From the NCBI GenBank assembly GCA_951406725.2, contig OX597815.1, forward strand, positions 139,686,001-139,750,000: a stretch of 64,000 nucleotides of DNA. Reading direction: 5' to 3'. The translations under genes and the position numbers were made by a program. A model generated the notes under the pieces. The model had not been told where the DNA came from and did not search any database. It worked only from the letters and a program-made list of their open reading frames with translations. Position 1 is the first letter of the stretch, and every line of letters begins with the position of its first letter. Shown one piece after another: positions 37,791 through 49,197 of this stretch. The stretch is from Octopus vulgaris. Lineage: Eukaryota.

Positions 37791-40012
37791 CTGTGATAAC
37801 AATGGAGAAAAATTGATATAGTCATTGTCGAACAGAGACAGATAACAGAGTAGTGTGCGGAGAATGAATAGTTATTAACCAACAGGTGAACATCAGTTAG
37901 ATGAAATAAAAAGGAACATAAATCAAAAAGCAAGGCAATCACAAAACTGAAGTAAAATATATTTTACAATCATAAGTAGATTGAAACAACTCAAGTTACC
38001 AAAATCTGCTTTTACTGTTTCTTCTACATGGGTGATGTTGACTAACTCATTAAATGGGAAAATGAATTAATTTCCACAATAATATTTTCATTTTAAAAGA
38101 ATAAACAAAAAAGATTTTAATATCTCCTGTTTGAAATATAGTTTTTTGCAAATAGTTTCATAGAAATCTAACATGGAATATAAACATGTATACACTAATA
38201 TTCATTTCCATTGAGCAGAAAGAATGTTAGATGGTTTCACTGAATTCCTGAATTTCTAAGATTGCATTTTTGAAGAAGTCTATATATAATACCAAGAGCT
38301 AAGATTTACTGGCAAGTACGAACTCACTTGAATTTTATTCACATTGTTACCAATGTAAACCATCACCATTTACCAGATTTTACCGTATTAATAGTTAAAC
38401 ACACACACGGTGTGTGTTGAAAACAATAGTGTAGAGCTTTTATCAAGGTTTCTAAACTATAAGGTTTTTATCTTGGAAACAAAATGCTTTTCGTTGGCAT
38501 GCTCTATTGCTATTACCTAAGACAAGGACAATAACATTAAAGATTATTTAAGGTTTGAATGTTTGACTGATGGCTCCGGATTTCTTGCAGTTTTTGTATT
38601 ATTCTATTTTATTTATTATTATTATGACTGGTGTATGTTATTACTATTATACTTTTAGCACTGTGTTTTTAATAAACTTTCCAGTGTTAATCATCTAGCA
38701 GTTTAGAAATTTCAGTATAAGATGGATACGTTTTCAATATAGTTTTGCTTTGTATAATACAAGACACTGCAATTGCTATTGGTATATGTACCGTGAGCAA
38801 GCGAGAAAGTACTAGATGTAGTGAAATTTTACAACTTTCATACTTAGAAACAAATTAATAAATCATACTAGCCATTGTAATTTGTTTAATTTTCATATAT
38901 AGAGTTTGATATAACTTTTTAAATGTCTATGTTGGACATAAAGCATTTTGTAGTGTGTCTATTTTGAGTTTTTTATGCTTCCATCTATTATATAGTGAAC
39001 ATACATTTGAATTAAATATTAAACATTATATTTATTTTATTTTTATATTATCTAGTTCATGAGCTGTGGCCATACTGGGGCACTGCCATATTTATGCTGT
39101 ACTTTTAACAGACTTTTAATCTGGGGTGATTGTGGTGTTTATTTATTTTTTTTTTTTAGTCACTATTCTTCTAGAACTTGGTCTGTAAGCTTGTTTATAT
39201 TTCCACAATTTTAATCTCCAGATTTCTTTGTGCTAAAGAATCAATCGACATAGAAAATTCACTACTACCAGTTTGTATCTGTGTGAACAGTCACTGTCAT
39301 CATACTAATGTAGAATCATTTGTTAGTGCTAAGTGTAAACAGGCTTGATTATATTTTGTATTCTAATGCTTGTATTTTGAAATGGGCCATAAGTTTTATT
39401 TGGACTTGTTATGGATATTCTTTGGAGCAGAGTTGTTTTCTAATTTTTTTTTCTTTCATCTTAATATCTTCCAGCATACCCATTGCAACAAGTATTCGTA
39501 TCATCAGCTTAACATTAACCATACCAGTACATTTTCTTGACAGCTCACCATGCATTTAGGAGGAATAACTACAGTACACCACATAAAGTGAAACTTCATC
39601 AAAAATCTTTGTAGACAACACATCCATTTTGTACTGAATTTCCCACAAAACTAGCCAAATATTGGTGAAGGTGATACACACAATACAAAACAAAAAAAAA
39701 TTCAACAATACGTACACAAATCACAAGCAAAGCCTACTCCCTAACAGTTGAAAAAAAACAAAAATTGCCAATGGTCAAAAAACTGAAACCTGATAATTTA
39801 CTGTTGCATATAAACTGAGAAGAAATCATAAATATCAAAGAGAGAAAATACAGAATAAAAAGATGAACCCTGAACTGAAACATTTTCAATGCAATATGTT
39901 TAAAAGAAAAGCAGTTTCTTGAGCAGATTCTTCAAATTTTAGTGCTTGTAATGAATCACCTGAGTCACACCACCTGGAATGAAGCAGATTGTGTATTGAA
40001 AGTACAACTTAC

Positions 40013-40093
40013 CAGATGCACTGGATGCATTTGTGTTTCCTGCAAGCTGGTTTAATGCTGCCAAACTTGGCATTCCTAGAGCACTTAATGAAC
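40013..40093 (-). CDS. CELF2: CELF1/2 linker exon: (G)SLSALGMPSLAALNQLAGNTNASSAS
   Basis: 81 nt, (t)n ccacag| to CTG|gtaagt, phase 1-1, open frame. Confidence 0.87.
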
Positions 40094-40304
40094 CTGTGGA
40101 AAAAAAAAAGTATTATATAGGCTGATATTTCAAAGACAACATATAATTGGATATCAGAAACAAAAAATTGTAATGTTCCATGTGAGACTAATAACGAACA
40201 TGTTAAAATATTGACAATTGTGTGCATGTGCGTTAATTTATATGAAATAAAAATAAAATAATAAAAATCTTACTACTAGATGTATTAGCAGCAATAACAC
40301 ATAC

Positions 40305-40379
40305 CTGCATTACCAGAGGCATTAGCCAATGCAGTTAAACTCTGTAAGTTCTGCAAATGTTGCAAATTGTTGGTTTCTC
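40305..40379 (-). CDS. CELF2: CELF1/2 linker exon: (G)ETNNLQHLQNLQSLTALANASGNA
   Basis: 75 nt, tttttatag| to CAG|gtatgt, phase 1-1; LQNL..L..LA resembles the CELF divergent domain. Confidence 0.87.
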
Positions 40380-42798
40380 CTATAAAAACAAAAGTAAGTT
40401 CAACAATTACAATTAACTCTTCATTCAAATAAAAATAAGACAAAATGTAGTTAGATATAATCTAGGAAAATAAATCAGTTGACAGAATGATAATTATGCT
40501 GATGGAAAAGGTGGCTAACAGTTTATTAATTATAGTAACTTAAGGACATTTCATCTTAATTAAAAAAAAAATTGCCCAACACTGCACAGTAATAAATCTC
40601 TACATTAACTAATAACACTCAGTACTAATATAAAATAAAAAGTAGGAGATGAAAGGAAATACAATGAAAATAGAAAACTAGATTACTGCAAATGCTATGG
40701 TTTTGTGTCTGATACATTCTATATACTCAAAGCTTTATTCAGTAAGCAACAAAAAGTTCATTCAGTATATGATATTTGTATTGCAGTCTGTTTAGCTATG
40801 TTGTAAATAACCCTAGAATACATAAAATAATATATTTACAGCTATAAGCACATAGAAATACTTTTTACCCACAGACAAAAGCATATGGAATTATCCAAAT
40901 AAAACAATTTCAACTCTTCAGGCCTGAATATTTACTAGATAACTCAAAATTTAACTCTTATTTATTTATTAATATTTTTTCCATGTTATTTTCTCTTGTG
41001 TTTAATAAGCCAAGAGAGAGAAGGCAGTGTCCTTGACTTCTTACAGAGCCTCTGAAAGAGGTAAGAAAAAGCTATCTTGGAACCAGATGTCTGGAACAAA
41101 TGCTTGCAAGAATGGACTCCACTGAGAGCATCCAAGGTAACAGTGTTAAATCAGGCAATGAATTAAGTTAACCTCCAAAGTTGGCCATACCAAGATTTGA
41201 ACTCAAAATGCAATGAACTGGAACAAATACTACAAGACTTCTGGTCTGACATCCGCACATTTTTGCCACTTCACCTCCTTAGATTGGATTGGTGCTTCAC
41301 CACCCCCAAAAGAATTGAATTCAAAGAACCAAGCAAGAAGTGGAACAAACACCACAAAGCATTCTGCCCACTGCTCTAAAAACTCTGCAAGTACACTATC
41401 TTAGATGAATATGGCATTCAAGCATTTTTTTATAGATACAATCTCACCCTGACACGAAATGCTACTTGTTTTGCAAGTAAAAAAAATCTTTTTCCATGTA
41501 GCCTTTAAACAAGAAGAGAGAAATTATTGACAGCAGAAGTGCCAACAACACTGAATAAAAGATAGTTGAATATGCGAGCACAGATGCAAACAAACACATG
41601 CACACAATGGCCATTTTTCAGGTTCCATGTATCAAACACACTCGAGATTTTAAATAGTCTGCTGCAATAGCAGAAGACAGGAGCTGAAACCAAAACCATG
41701 TGATTAAGAAATGAACTCCTTTATCACATAACCATGCTTGTGCCTATATTAATGTGTGTGTGCATGAATAATTAGAAGTAAATACACATGCAAATTGCTA
41801 AGAAAGCTAACCATATCCTTTCTGTTTTAATGTATATAAAGATGATTGACAGTTACATAAGTTGAAACTGCAAATTAATTAAATAGCACAATAGTCTGAG
41901 AGTGAAAGTAATTTGTAAAATGAAGGCAGAACCACCAGATGGACTGCTAACCCAATACAAAAGACTAAGTTGTCTAACAGCACAATTATACTAGAATTGC
42001 TCATCAAATTTCATTCACAATATAACTAAAAACCAGTTAAGCATTTTATAGTGTATAATTAAGAGTAAAATTACACCAGATTTACAATAGTTACTTAGCT
42101 AAGATACTTGTGAATTTTACAGGAAATACTTATAAATTTTGAAATAAGATAAATGTTAAATATAATCATAATTATCACAAGAAGCATTCTATGTGTAATA
42201 TGAAATGAAAAAAAAAAAAAAAAAAAAAAACAGCTGAGCATTATCATGTCAACCCAATATTAAGCAAAGTAAGATAGTTAGAATTCATTGATGGCTACTA
42301 TTGGGATAGTTTCACCATGCTGTAGCTGAATTAAAAAGCAATTAGGAAATCATTCATCATGAAATGAGGAGCAAGCAATAAATAATGGCACAAGTAATAA
42401 CACTAAGCAAATGAAATATGCAATTCAGCCAGCCATGCAATATCTGAATGTAGTAGAAGTATGTGAGGTGGGTAGTTATGACATGGAGGAGGCTAAAGAA
42501 AGATAAGTAAATCATATCTGTGTGTGTAGTGTGTGTGTGTGTGTGTACACACACACACACGTGTATATATACACATGTATATTTACATACATATATGCAT
42601 ATTTAGATACATTTATGAATATACATACATATACATATATGCATATACATATATATGTATATATACATATAAAATTCCTCTCGGCCTTGCATTTATTTCA
42701 TTTGGTCTAATATATATATATATATATATATATATTAGACCAAATGAAATAACAAATGCAAGGCCGAGAGGAATTTTCAGGACATTTATAACGAAATA

Positions 42799-42846
42799 GC
42801 CTTACAGCTGTTTCTGGGATATTATGGATATCCTTTCATCAGAGAC
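42799..42846 (-). ncRNA. Minimal type I hammerhead ribozyme motif (sense to CELF pre-mRNA)
   Basis: Minus strand GTCT-CTGATGA-AA-GGATAT-CCATA-ATATCC-CA-GAAAC-AGCT-GTA-AGGC; stem I GUCU/AGGC with one G-U wobble. Confidence 0.65.
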
Positions 42847-43453
42847 GGTGTGAGAAAATATTTGAGCTTAAATTATTGTGGAGAAGATATGGAATATAGA
42901 GGGAAATAAGGGAAGGAAAGTAGAAATAAGATATATAAAGATATTGTAATTGCAGTTCCATTATTTAAGGAAAATGGTGTATAGAAGTGGTAAAAAAAAG
43001 TTTCCTGTACATGCTGTGTAAGTTCCAATAGTAGTTCATATTTAGATATTTCAATGGATGGAGCCATGGAATCAGTGTTACTGATTCAAAAGGGTTTTGT
43101 AGTGTGAATGAAAATTTGAGAATGCATTGGTAGTATTTATGGATCCTCCTTCCATCTATCCATAAATACTACAAATACATTCTCAAATTTTCAGTCATAC
43201 CGCAAAATCTTTTTGAATGAGAAACACTGATTCCACAGCTCCATGCTTTGAAATGACTAATTATGAATTACTATTGGAACTTACATACCATGTACAGGAA
43301 AGTTTTTTACCACTTCTATAGACTATTTTCCTCGAATAATGGAACTGCAACTACAATATCTTTATATATCTTATTTCTACTTTCCTTCCCTTATTTCCCT
43401 CTATATTCCCTATCTTCTCCACAATAATTTGAACTCAAATATTTTCTCACACC

Positions 43454-43501
43454 GTCTCTGATGAAGGGATAGCCGGAATATCCCAGAAACAGCTGTAAGA
43501 C
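43454..43501 (+). ncRNA. Minimal type I hammerhead ribozyme motif (antisense to CELF)
   Basis: GTCT-CTGATGA-A-GGGATA-GCCGGAA-TATCCC-A-GAAAC-AGCT-GTA-AGAC: stem I GUCU/AGAC, core CUGAUGA/GAAA, 6-bp stem II, palindromic AGCU stem-III loop, GUA triplet. Confidence 0.7.
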
Positions 43502-44844
43502 TCATTATAAATGTCCTAAAAAGTCCTCACAGCCTTGGATTTGTTATCTCATTCAGTCTAATGTATATGTGTGTGTGTGTGTGTGTATATATATATACTT
43601 GCTGTATTATAATCCTAATTTTAGTAGACGGGAAACTAATGTCACTTCACGAACACACTATTTTCCTATGTCCAAGTGGGTTCTTTATCAGACATATTTT
43701 AAATCCCAATTTGTCGCGACTTGGGTGTTGCTTATTTTTATCACAACTTTAACCATTATCAATCTTTAAAGCAGAATAACTCTCACAAAACTTGTCATTT
43801 TCCAACAGTGTCAAATAAAGTAAAAAGAATTTTTTTTTTTTTAAATTCTGGCCTTGTGCCTGTAATCATAATATAGGGTAGTGAGTTGGCAGAATAGCTA
43901 AAGTTGGACAAAATGCCTTGTCGTATATAGTCATAGCCTCTATATTTTGGGTTCAAAATCTTCCTGGGGCCAACTCTGGAAGAACCCAGTATAATCATTA
44001 AAGCCCCCACACCAATTGCAGACCTTGAGCTTGCATTAGAAGCAATTATCAGCTTAGTTATTTTACACAAATAAAGAACATTTTTGGAGATAACAGAAAT
44101 AAAATGAAAATTACACTACAGACCAATATAGTATTTGATCAAAATACTAGCGACCACTGTAGTTGACATACTGTACACAATGAAATGAAACTGATTCAGT
44201 TCAGTAACTTACACCTTGGTGACTGTGACAAGATAGTCAAATCCCCAAATCTTTCAAGTCAAACAATTTTCCTTATTTTAAGCTTGCTTGGGTCACAATA
44301 TGCCCCATTTCTACTGTTTGTGGTCAAATGAAGAGAATGTTGAGATTACTGGATACTCAACCAACTTCATATTCCTTCCTTATATGATACAAATAAAATA
44401 AAACTTATAAAATTGGAAAGAATTGGATAAAAATTTTGAGGGCAAAACATGTCATTTTTGCTGAGCAATTAATTTACTCCTCCTCAAATTCGTACAATTG
44501 TTAACACTTATCTAAATGTAGAAGTGCAATAGATTTCATTTAAGATAAGAATGTTTCTAACAATGACCAAGCATTCACTAAACTGTAAATATATATTTTG
44601 TAAATGAAACATATATTTACAAGCAGTGGAAGCTTACAGGGAAAAAGAAAATGATTGTTTAGTAAGTAAAAGCAGTTACAATGTAAGACTAGTAGTAGAA
44701 GTGGTAGTGGTGATGGTAGTGGTGGCAGCAGTGACAAGGATAAGAGACCCACAGGAAAGTAGTTCAGTTAATAAGGACTGGATGAAAAGGCAGGTAAAAC
44801 TATTTAGCTATTTCTATACAAAGACAATCCCAGAAGAAAGTGAA

Positions 44845-44876
<32 letters not shown>

Positions 44877-45004
44877 GGGGAATGTGTAAAGATTGCAGTG
44901 ATGAGGGCAGCTGCATAACATGAGCATGGCCAAACCAAACCCAAAGCATTCCACCATTGCTGGTCAAATCAATGCAAACCAGTTAAGATGAAGGTTTTAA
45001 GTAC

Positions 45005-45208
45005 CTGTTGCAGCTGACGAACAGCCACTGTTATTGCTTCCCCCCAGCGACGCCATTGTGGCTGCTGCCGCTAAGGCTGCCGCTGTCGCTGCAGCAGACG
45101 GAGCAGTGGACAAGGTAGTGGAGGAGGAGGAGGAAGGGGAGTATGCAGAAGGACCATTGTTATTCGTTAGACTGCCAGTGTTTAACCCAGCCAGGGCTGC
45201 CAGTATGC
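45005..45208 (-). CDS. CELF2: CELF1/2 linker exon: (G)ILAALAGLNTGSLTNNNGPSAYSPSSSSSTTLSTAPSAAATAAALAAAATMASLGGSNNSGCSSAAT
   Basis: 204 nt, cctgcag| to CAG|gtactt, phase 1-1, open frame, GC/CpG-rich; probably a cassette exon. Confidence 0.8.
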
Positions 45209-46273
45209 CTGCAGGTTACACAGGACACAGAAAAACAAAGTGTCAGAATATCAGACAAAAGAATAACGGCAACAACAACAAACAATCAAATCTAAGAAAC
45301 ATTGTGAACAATAAAACATTGAATAAAATATTAAAAAAAAAAAAATTTCAAATCAAATATTAAAATGGTAATTACTGTAGCACAAATAGCAGCCAGTGTA
45401 AACAAACAAATATTTTTGTAATGAATCAAAGGTTACAGATAATAGCAGTAATTAAGAGAGAAAGCCATCACAATTGTTCCGTCTGGACATCCTTCAAAAC
45501 AAAACACCTAAGGATGGATGATGGATCAATGGAATGAAAATAAGTTTAAAGGAGAAAACTTATACATAATAGAGTAAACTGGTATCTTTGTCACCAATGT
45601 ACAGTGTCAGCCAAATTAGAATGACAAACATTGAAATATTAATATTTAAATAGTTTGAAGAGTTACCAATGGCATGTGAATTTATACTGATGAACAATTA
45701 AAATTCCACTGGAAATGAAAATAATTTTCGCCATCCACAAGTATTTATTCTTTGAAGATAAATGTTGAAAAGTAATGAAGGAGTTAAAGTACAAAACTTT
45801 AAAAAATATAAACAGCTTGATGGTATAAATGGAATAGTAGTGACTATAAGCAACATGATTCTAATTCTAGATATTACTACATGTACTAAAAACAGAAAAA
45901 GAGTACTAAACAGACAATAAGGGAGAGTAGAAAGACTAAACTAAGTAAACATGGGCAAAATGATAATGTCATAACATTTTGTCAAATTGCTTTAAATTGA
46001 ACACATAACTGTAAAAGAAAAATATAATAAAGAGATCATTTCCATGTAAAATTATAAATGTTTTGAAAGTAATGATGAAATAATGCTTAAGTAAATTGCA
46101 AGACAAATTCTAATACAATTTAAATGGAGCCAAAATGAAGGAAAATCTACAAGTATGTGAAGAACATTTCTAATACTCTTTTACTGCTTTATATACTCCT
46201 CACCCCCCACCCCTATATCAGCAGGTGCTAAATCACTTGTTGGCACAATTCATTATACCAGTTAGTGTCTTAC

Positions 46274-46312
46274 CAACTACTGTGTCTCTGAAAGCTGGAA
46301 CAGAACTTGTTA
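46274..46312 (-). CDS. Candidate alternative microexon, 39 nt (VTSSVPAFRDTVV) or 21 nt from an inner acceptor at 46294 (AFRDTVV)
   Basis: Donor TTG|gtaaga. Two acceptors (ctttctacag|, tctgttccag|) both give multiples of 3 in phase 1 with no stop. No transcript evidence. Confidence 0.45.
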
Positions 46313-46938
46313 CTGTAGAAAGCCCGGAGCAGAAACTGATGCCCACGTGAAGAACATTAGAGCTTATTATGCCTCTCATAATAATTGCTAATATTGTGCT
46401 TGTTATAATAGGAACTAATAAGGAAATCAAGTCAATTATAAAAACCCCATATTTTTCTAAAATGTTGAGTTACAAAACTTAATAAAGACACTTAATAAAT
46501 AATAAGGCTTTTAAATTAATCAGATTTCAACATTAAAAAAAAAAAGGGTAGTGGAAACCACATTTGGCAAAAAAAATCCTATTCTCAAACTATTTTTAAA
46601 AATCAGAAATTACAGAAATCAAATTATAATCAACTCCTCCAAAATGTGCATGTGAAAGTAGAATCCTGTCTTTTGATACTAGTCCTTTCGGTCATTAAGC
46701 AGCCACTCAGAAGTAATGCCAACAAACAACCAACAGGTTATGTTAGAATAATAGATTAAGAAGCTGCTAATGACACCTAGTTAAGTCAATGGGAGGTTGA
46801 GTTATAAACGAAAGCATGTGAAGAGCTACGTGCTAAATCAACAATATACAAATAAAAACAGTTGTAGATGAGAGGTTAAAATTGAACAAATTCAAAAGCA
46901 GGCAGATTACACTATTTCAATATAAGAGGAAAAGTTAC

Positions 46939-47010
46939 CTGGATTATTGCCAGTTGCGGCAGCTGCAGCGGCAGCAGTCAATAACTGCTGGATACCCATG
47001 GTATTCAAGC
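46939..47010 (-). CDS. CELF2: CELF1/2 linker exon: (G)LNTMGIQQLLTAAAAAAATGNNP
   Basis: 72 nt, tcctttgaag| to CAG|gtaact, phase 1-1, open frame, GC-rich island. Confidence 0.87.
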
Positions 47011-47245
47011 CTTCAAAGGAAACAAGTAACAAATTTATATGCAGACCCTCAACAAGGAGCAGCTAAATGGAAACAAAATCATTAAAAATGAAACGGTTGT
47101 TAATAGGTATTTATCGAGACCTACAAACTTATCATGTACATATTTACACAAATACATACAGCATCAGATTAAGAATGGTCAGAGGGTGAACGTGTGCATA
47201 ACAGAATGCAACACTACATTGTGTGCAGAGAGGGAAAGGTAATCT

Positions 47246-47460
47246 TATTTTTAACTACCCACAAGGGGCTAAACACAGAGGGGACAAACGATTTAAGTCG
47301 ATTACATCGACCCCAGTGCGTAACTGGGACTTAATTTATCGACCCCGAAAGGATGAAAGGCAAAGTCGACCTCGGCAGAATTTGAACCCAGAACGTAACG
47401 GCAGACGAAATACCGCTAAGCATTTCGCCCGGCATGCTAACGTTTCTGCCAGCTCGCCGC
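47246..47460 (-). mobile_element. Young full-length SINE (family B)
   Basis: CpG-intact copy: gaccccgaaaggatgaaaggcaaagtcgacctcggcagaatttgaac...ctgccagctcgccgc; flanked by repeated gaaaggtaatc. Confidence 0.85.
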
Positions 47461-48045
47461 TGAGAGAGAAAGGTAATCATACTGAAGATGGTCATGCTGC
47501 AGAATATCCAAGTACAAAAAGCCAACTCCTTCAACCTCACCATTTCCTTATCACATCTTATTCCTCAAAAGTTCCTTCCCTGTGGATATTTACTCTTGCA
47601 ACCATCAACTTCTGACCTTTCAGATGAAAAGGTTAGTATAAGAGCCTTTCTCCCTCACGTCCCTCTATCAAACATAAAAATATATTTGTGTGCCCTATAT
47701 TTTTGGATAAATGTAGCATTTTGCATAAATATATGCTATATTTCTGTATAAATGTGTGTAAATACTGTATTTGGTGAGTTTTTTAAATAGATTAGGTGAG
47801 TATGCAAGATATGTGACAGAAATGGTAGATGGGGGTGTAGTGGTGAACAAGCATGGAATGTAGTGTAAAACAGCAGAAAGGAAAGGGGGTGGTATTGGAC
47901 ATGTACTGACAATGTGGTATGGCTGTAATATCTATGTATAAACACGGGGTAGACAATAGTTGTTATGATAAGAATATTGTAAATAAGCAGAAACCACTGC
48001 AGAAATATATACACATGCACATGAACGAAAAGTAAATATACTTAC

Positions 48046-48130
48046 CAACATTACCTAAATTACCGTATCCTCCCCCCATGTTGCCACCTCCACCTCCGCC
48101 GCCACCACCAGCTGCTGCTTGTTGTAATAA
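48046..48130 (-). CDS. CELF2: CELF1/2 linker exon: LLQQAAA(G)9NMGGGYGNLGNV
   Basis: 85 nt, tttttag| to TTG|gtaagt; follows a 94-nt intron; GC-rich and in frame (phase 0 to 1). Confidence 0.9.
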
Positions 48131-48224
48131 CTAAAAAACAAAAACATGGAAATTGGGGTATATTTTATGGCAATTATGAATCCACTATAATATCACAACT
48201 AACAGAAGTGACACAGTTACTTAC

Positions 48225-48362
48225 CGACACATACTGAGGGGCCAGTGGACCTAAACCTCCCAAAGACAAATTCCATAAATTAGCATTCATTTGTTGCAGT
48301 TTTTTAGCTTCTTTTTCCCTCTGAGTATCTGCAAACTTTACCACCAATGGTGAAGAACACCC
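48225..48362 (-). CDS. CELF2: CELF1/2 exon, end of RRM2 and start of linker: GCSSPLVVKFADTQREKEAKKLQQMNANLWNLSLGGLGPLAPQYVS
   Basis: 138 nt, ttgcag| to TCG|gtaagt, phase 0-0; conserved GCSSPLVVKFADTQ motif. Confidence 0.96.
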
Positions 48363-49117
48363 CTGCAACAAAATTTACAAATATGCATCAATTACTATTA
48401 ATAACAGATGTTTCACAAGTTAACTGCTTTACTTAATCAAGACAATTATGGCAATAATGCACTGAGCATGTAACTAATCGATTAATATTTTGAACTGAAA
48501 TCACATGGAATGAAACTGCTATGAAAAACTGATTTTAGTAGCAATTTAGATATTAGTTAATGCATCTAGCAATTAATTCAAGGCTGCTACAAAGATGGAT
48601 TTATGCAAAATATAACAAAATACTGAGGAAATTATTCTTATTCTGTTTCTCTGGATGCAGGCATAACCATATGGTTAAGATAATTGCTTTGCACCCATAT
48701 GGTTCTAGGTTAAATTCCATTGTGTGGCATCTAAGGCAACTGCTATCTGCAGTATATTTTGCAAATAACATTTTTAAGTAGAATTTGAGAGACAGAAACC
48801 ATACAAAGCCTTTATGCACATGTGAGATTGCATAAGTTTTGTTTTTCAATGTGTCAAGTTATGTCCCTTTACACCTAAACCCAACTTAGCAGCATCATAG
48901 GACTGACAAAATACCCAAAAAGAAATCAGTAGTGAGGTTCAGATGACTGACTAAAATGCCTTGATGTTGCTATAATCCAACAAGTAAAACTAGTAAAGGA
49001 ATCTGAGCCAAAAATTTTACTAAAACTGAAGTTAAATAGTAGAAATTAATGGGAAATATTTGTAAGTTACTGGAATAAAATCATTATCTAAAATGGAAAA
49101 TATAACTATATACCAAC

Positions 49118-49197
49118 CTCCATTGTTTGTGAATGATGCATATTTTTGATGGCATTCTGAGCACTCTGTCGGTTATTAAATGTAACAAATGCACAAC
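49118..49197 (-). CDS. CELF2: CELF1/2 exon, RRM2: (G)CAFVTFNNRQSAQNAIKNMHHSQTME
   Basis: 80 nt, atccag| to GAG|gttggt; completes RNP1 KGCAFVTF. Confidence 0.95.

Larger units (their letters stand above)
42671..43562. mobile_element. Palindromic (fold-back) Penelope-like pLTR remnant embedded in TA/TG microsatellite
   Basis: Arm 42735-43144 is an imperfect reverse complement of 43158-43562 (13-nt spacer). A further ~40-nt terminal copy lies at 42671-42710. Each long arm carries a hammerhead core. The inverted repeat is seen directly; the family call is inferred. Confidence 0.75.

Noticed and set aside
41045-41051. Possible 7-nt microexon (cttacctctttcag|AGGCTCT|gtaaga)
   Set aside because: Not frame-preserving and has a weak -1 donor base; could only be a poison exon, with no further support
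45034-45363. 109-aa Ala/Glu-rich + strand ORF
   Set aside because: Antisense shadow of the GC-rich 204-nt CELF exon; the same applies to the + strand ORFs at 34031, 46882 and 27259
47390-47460. tRNA-like A/B boxes
   Set aside because: SINE heads with no cloverleaf; not tRNA genes
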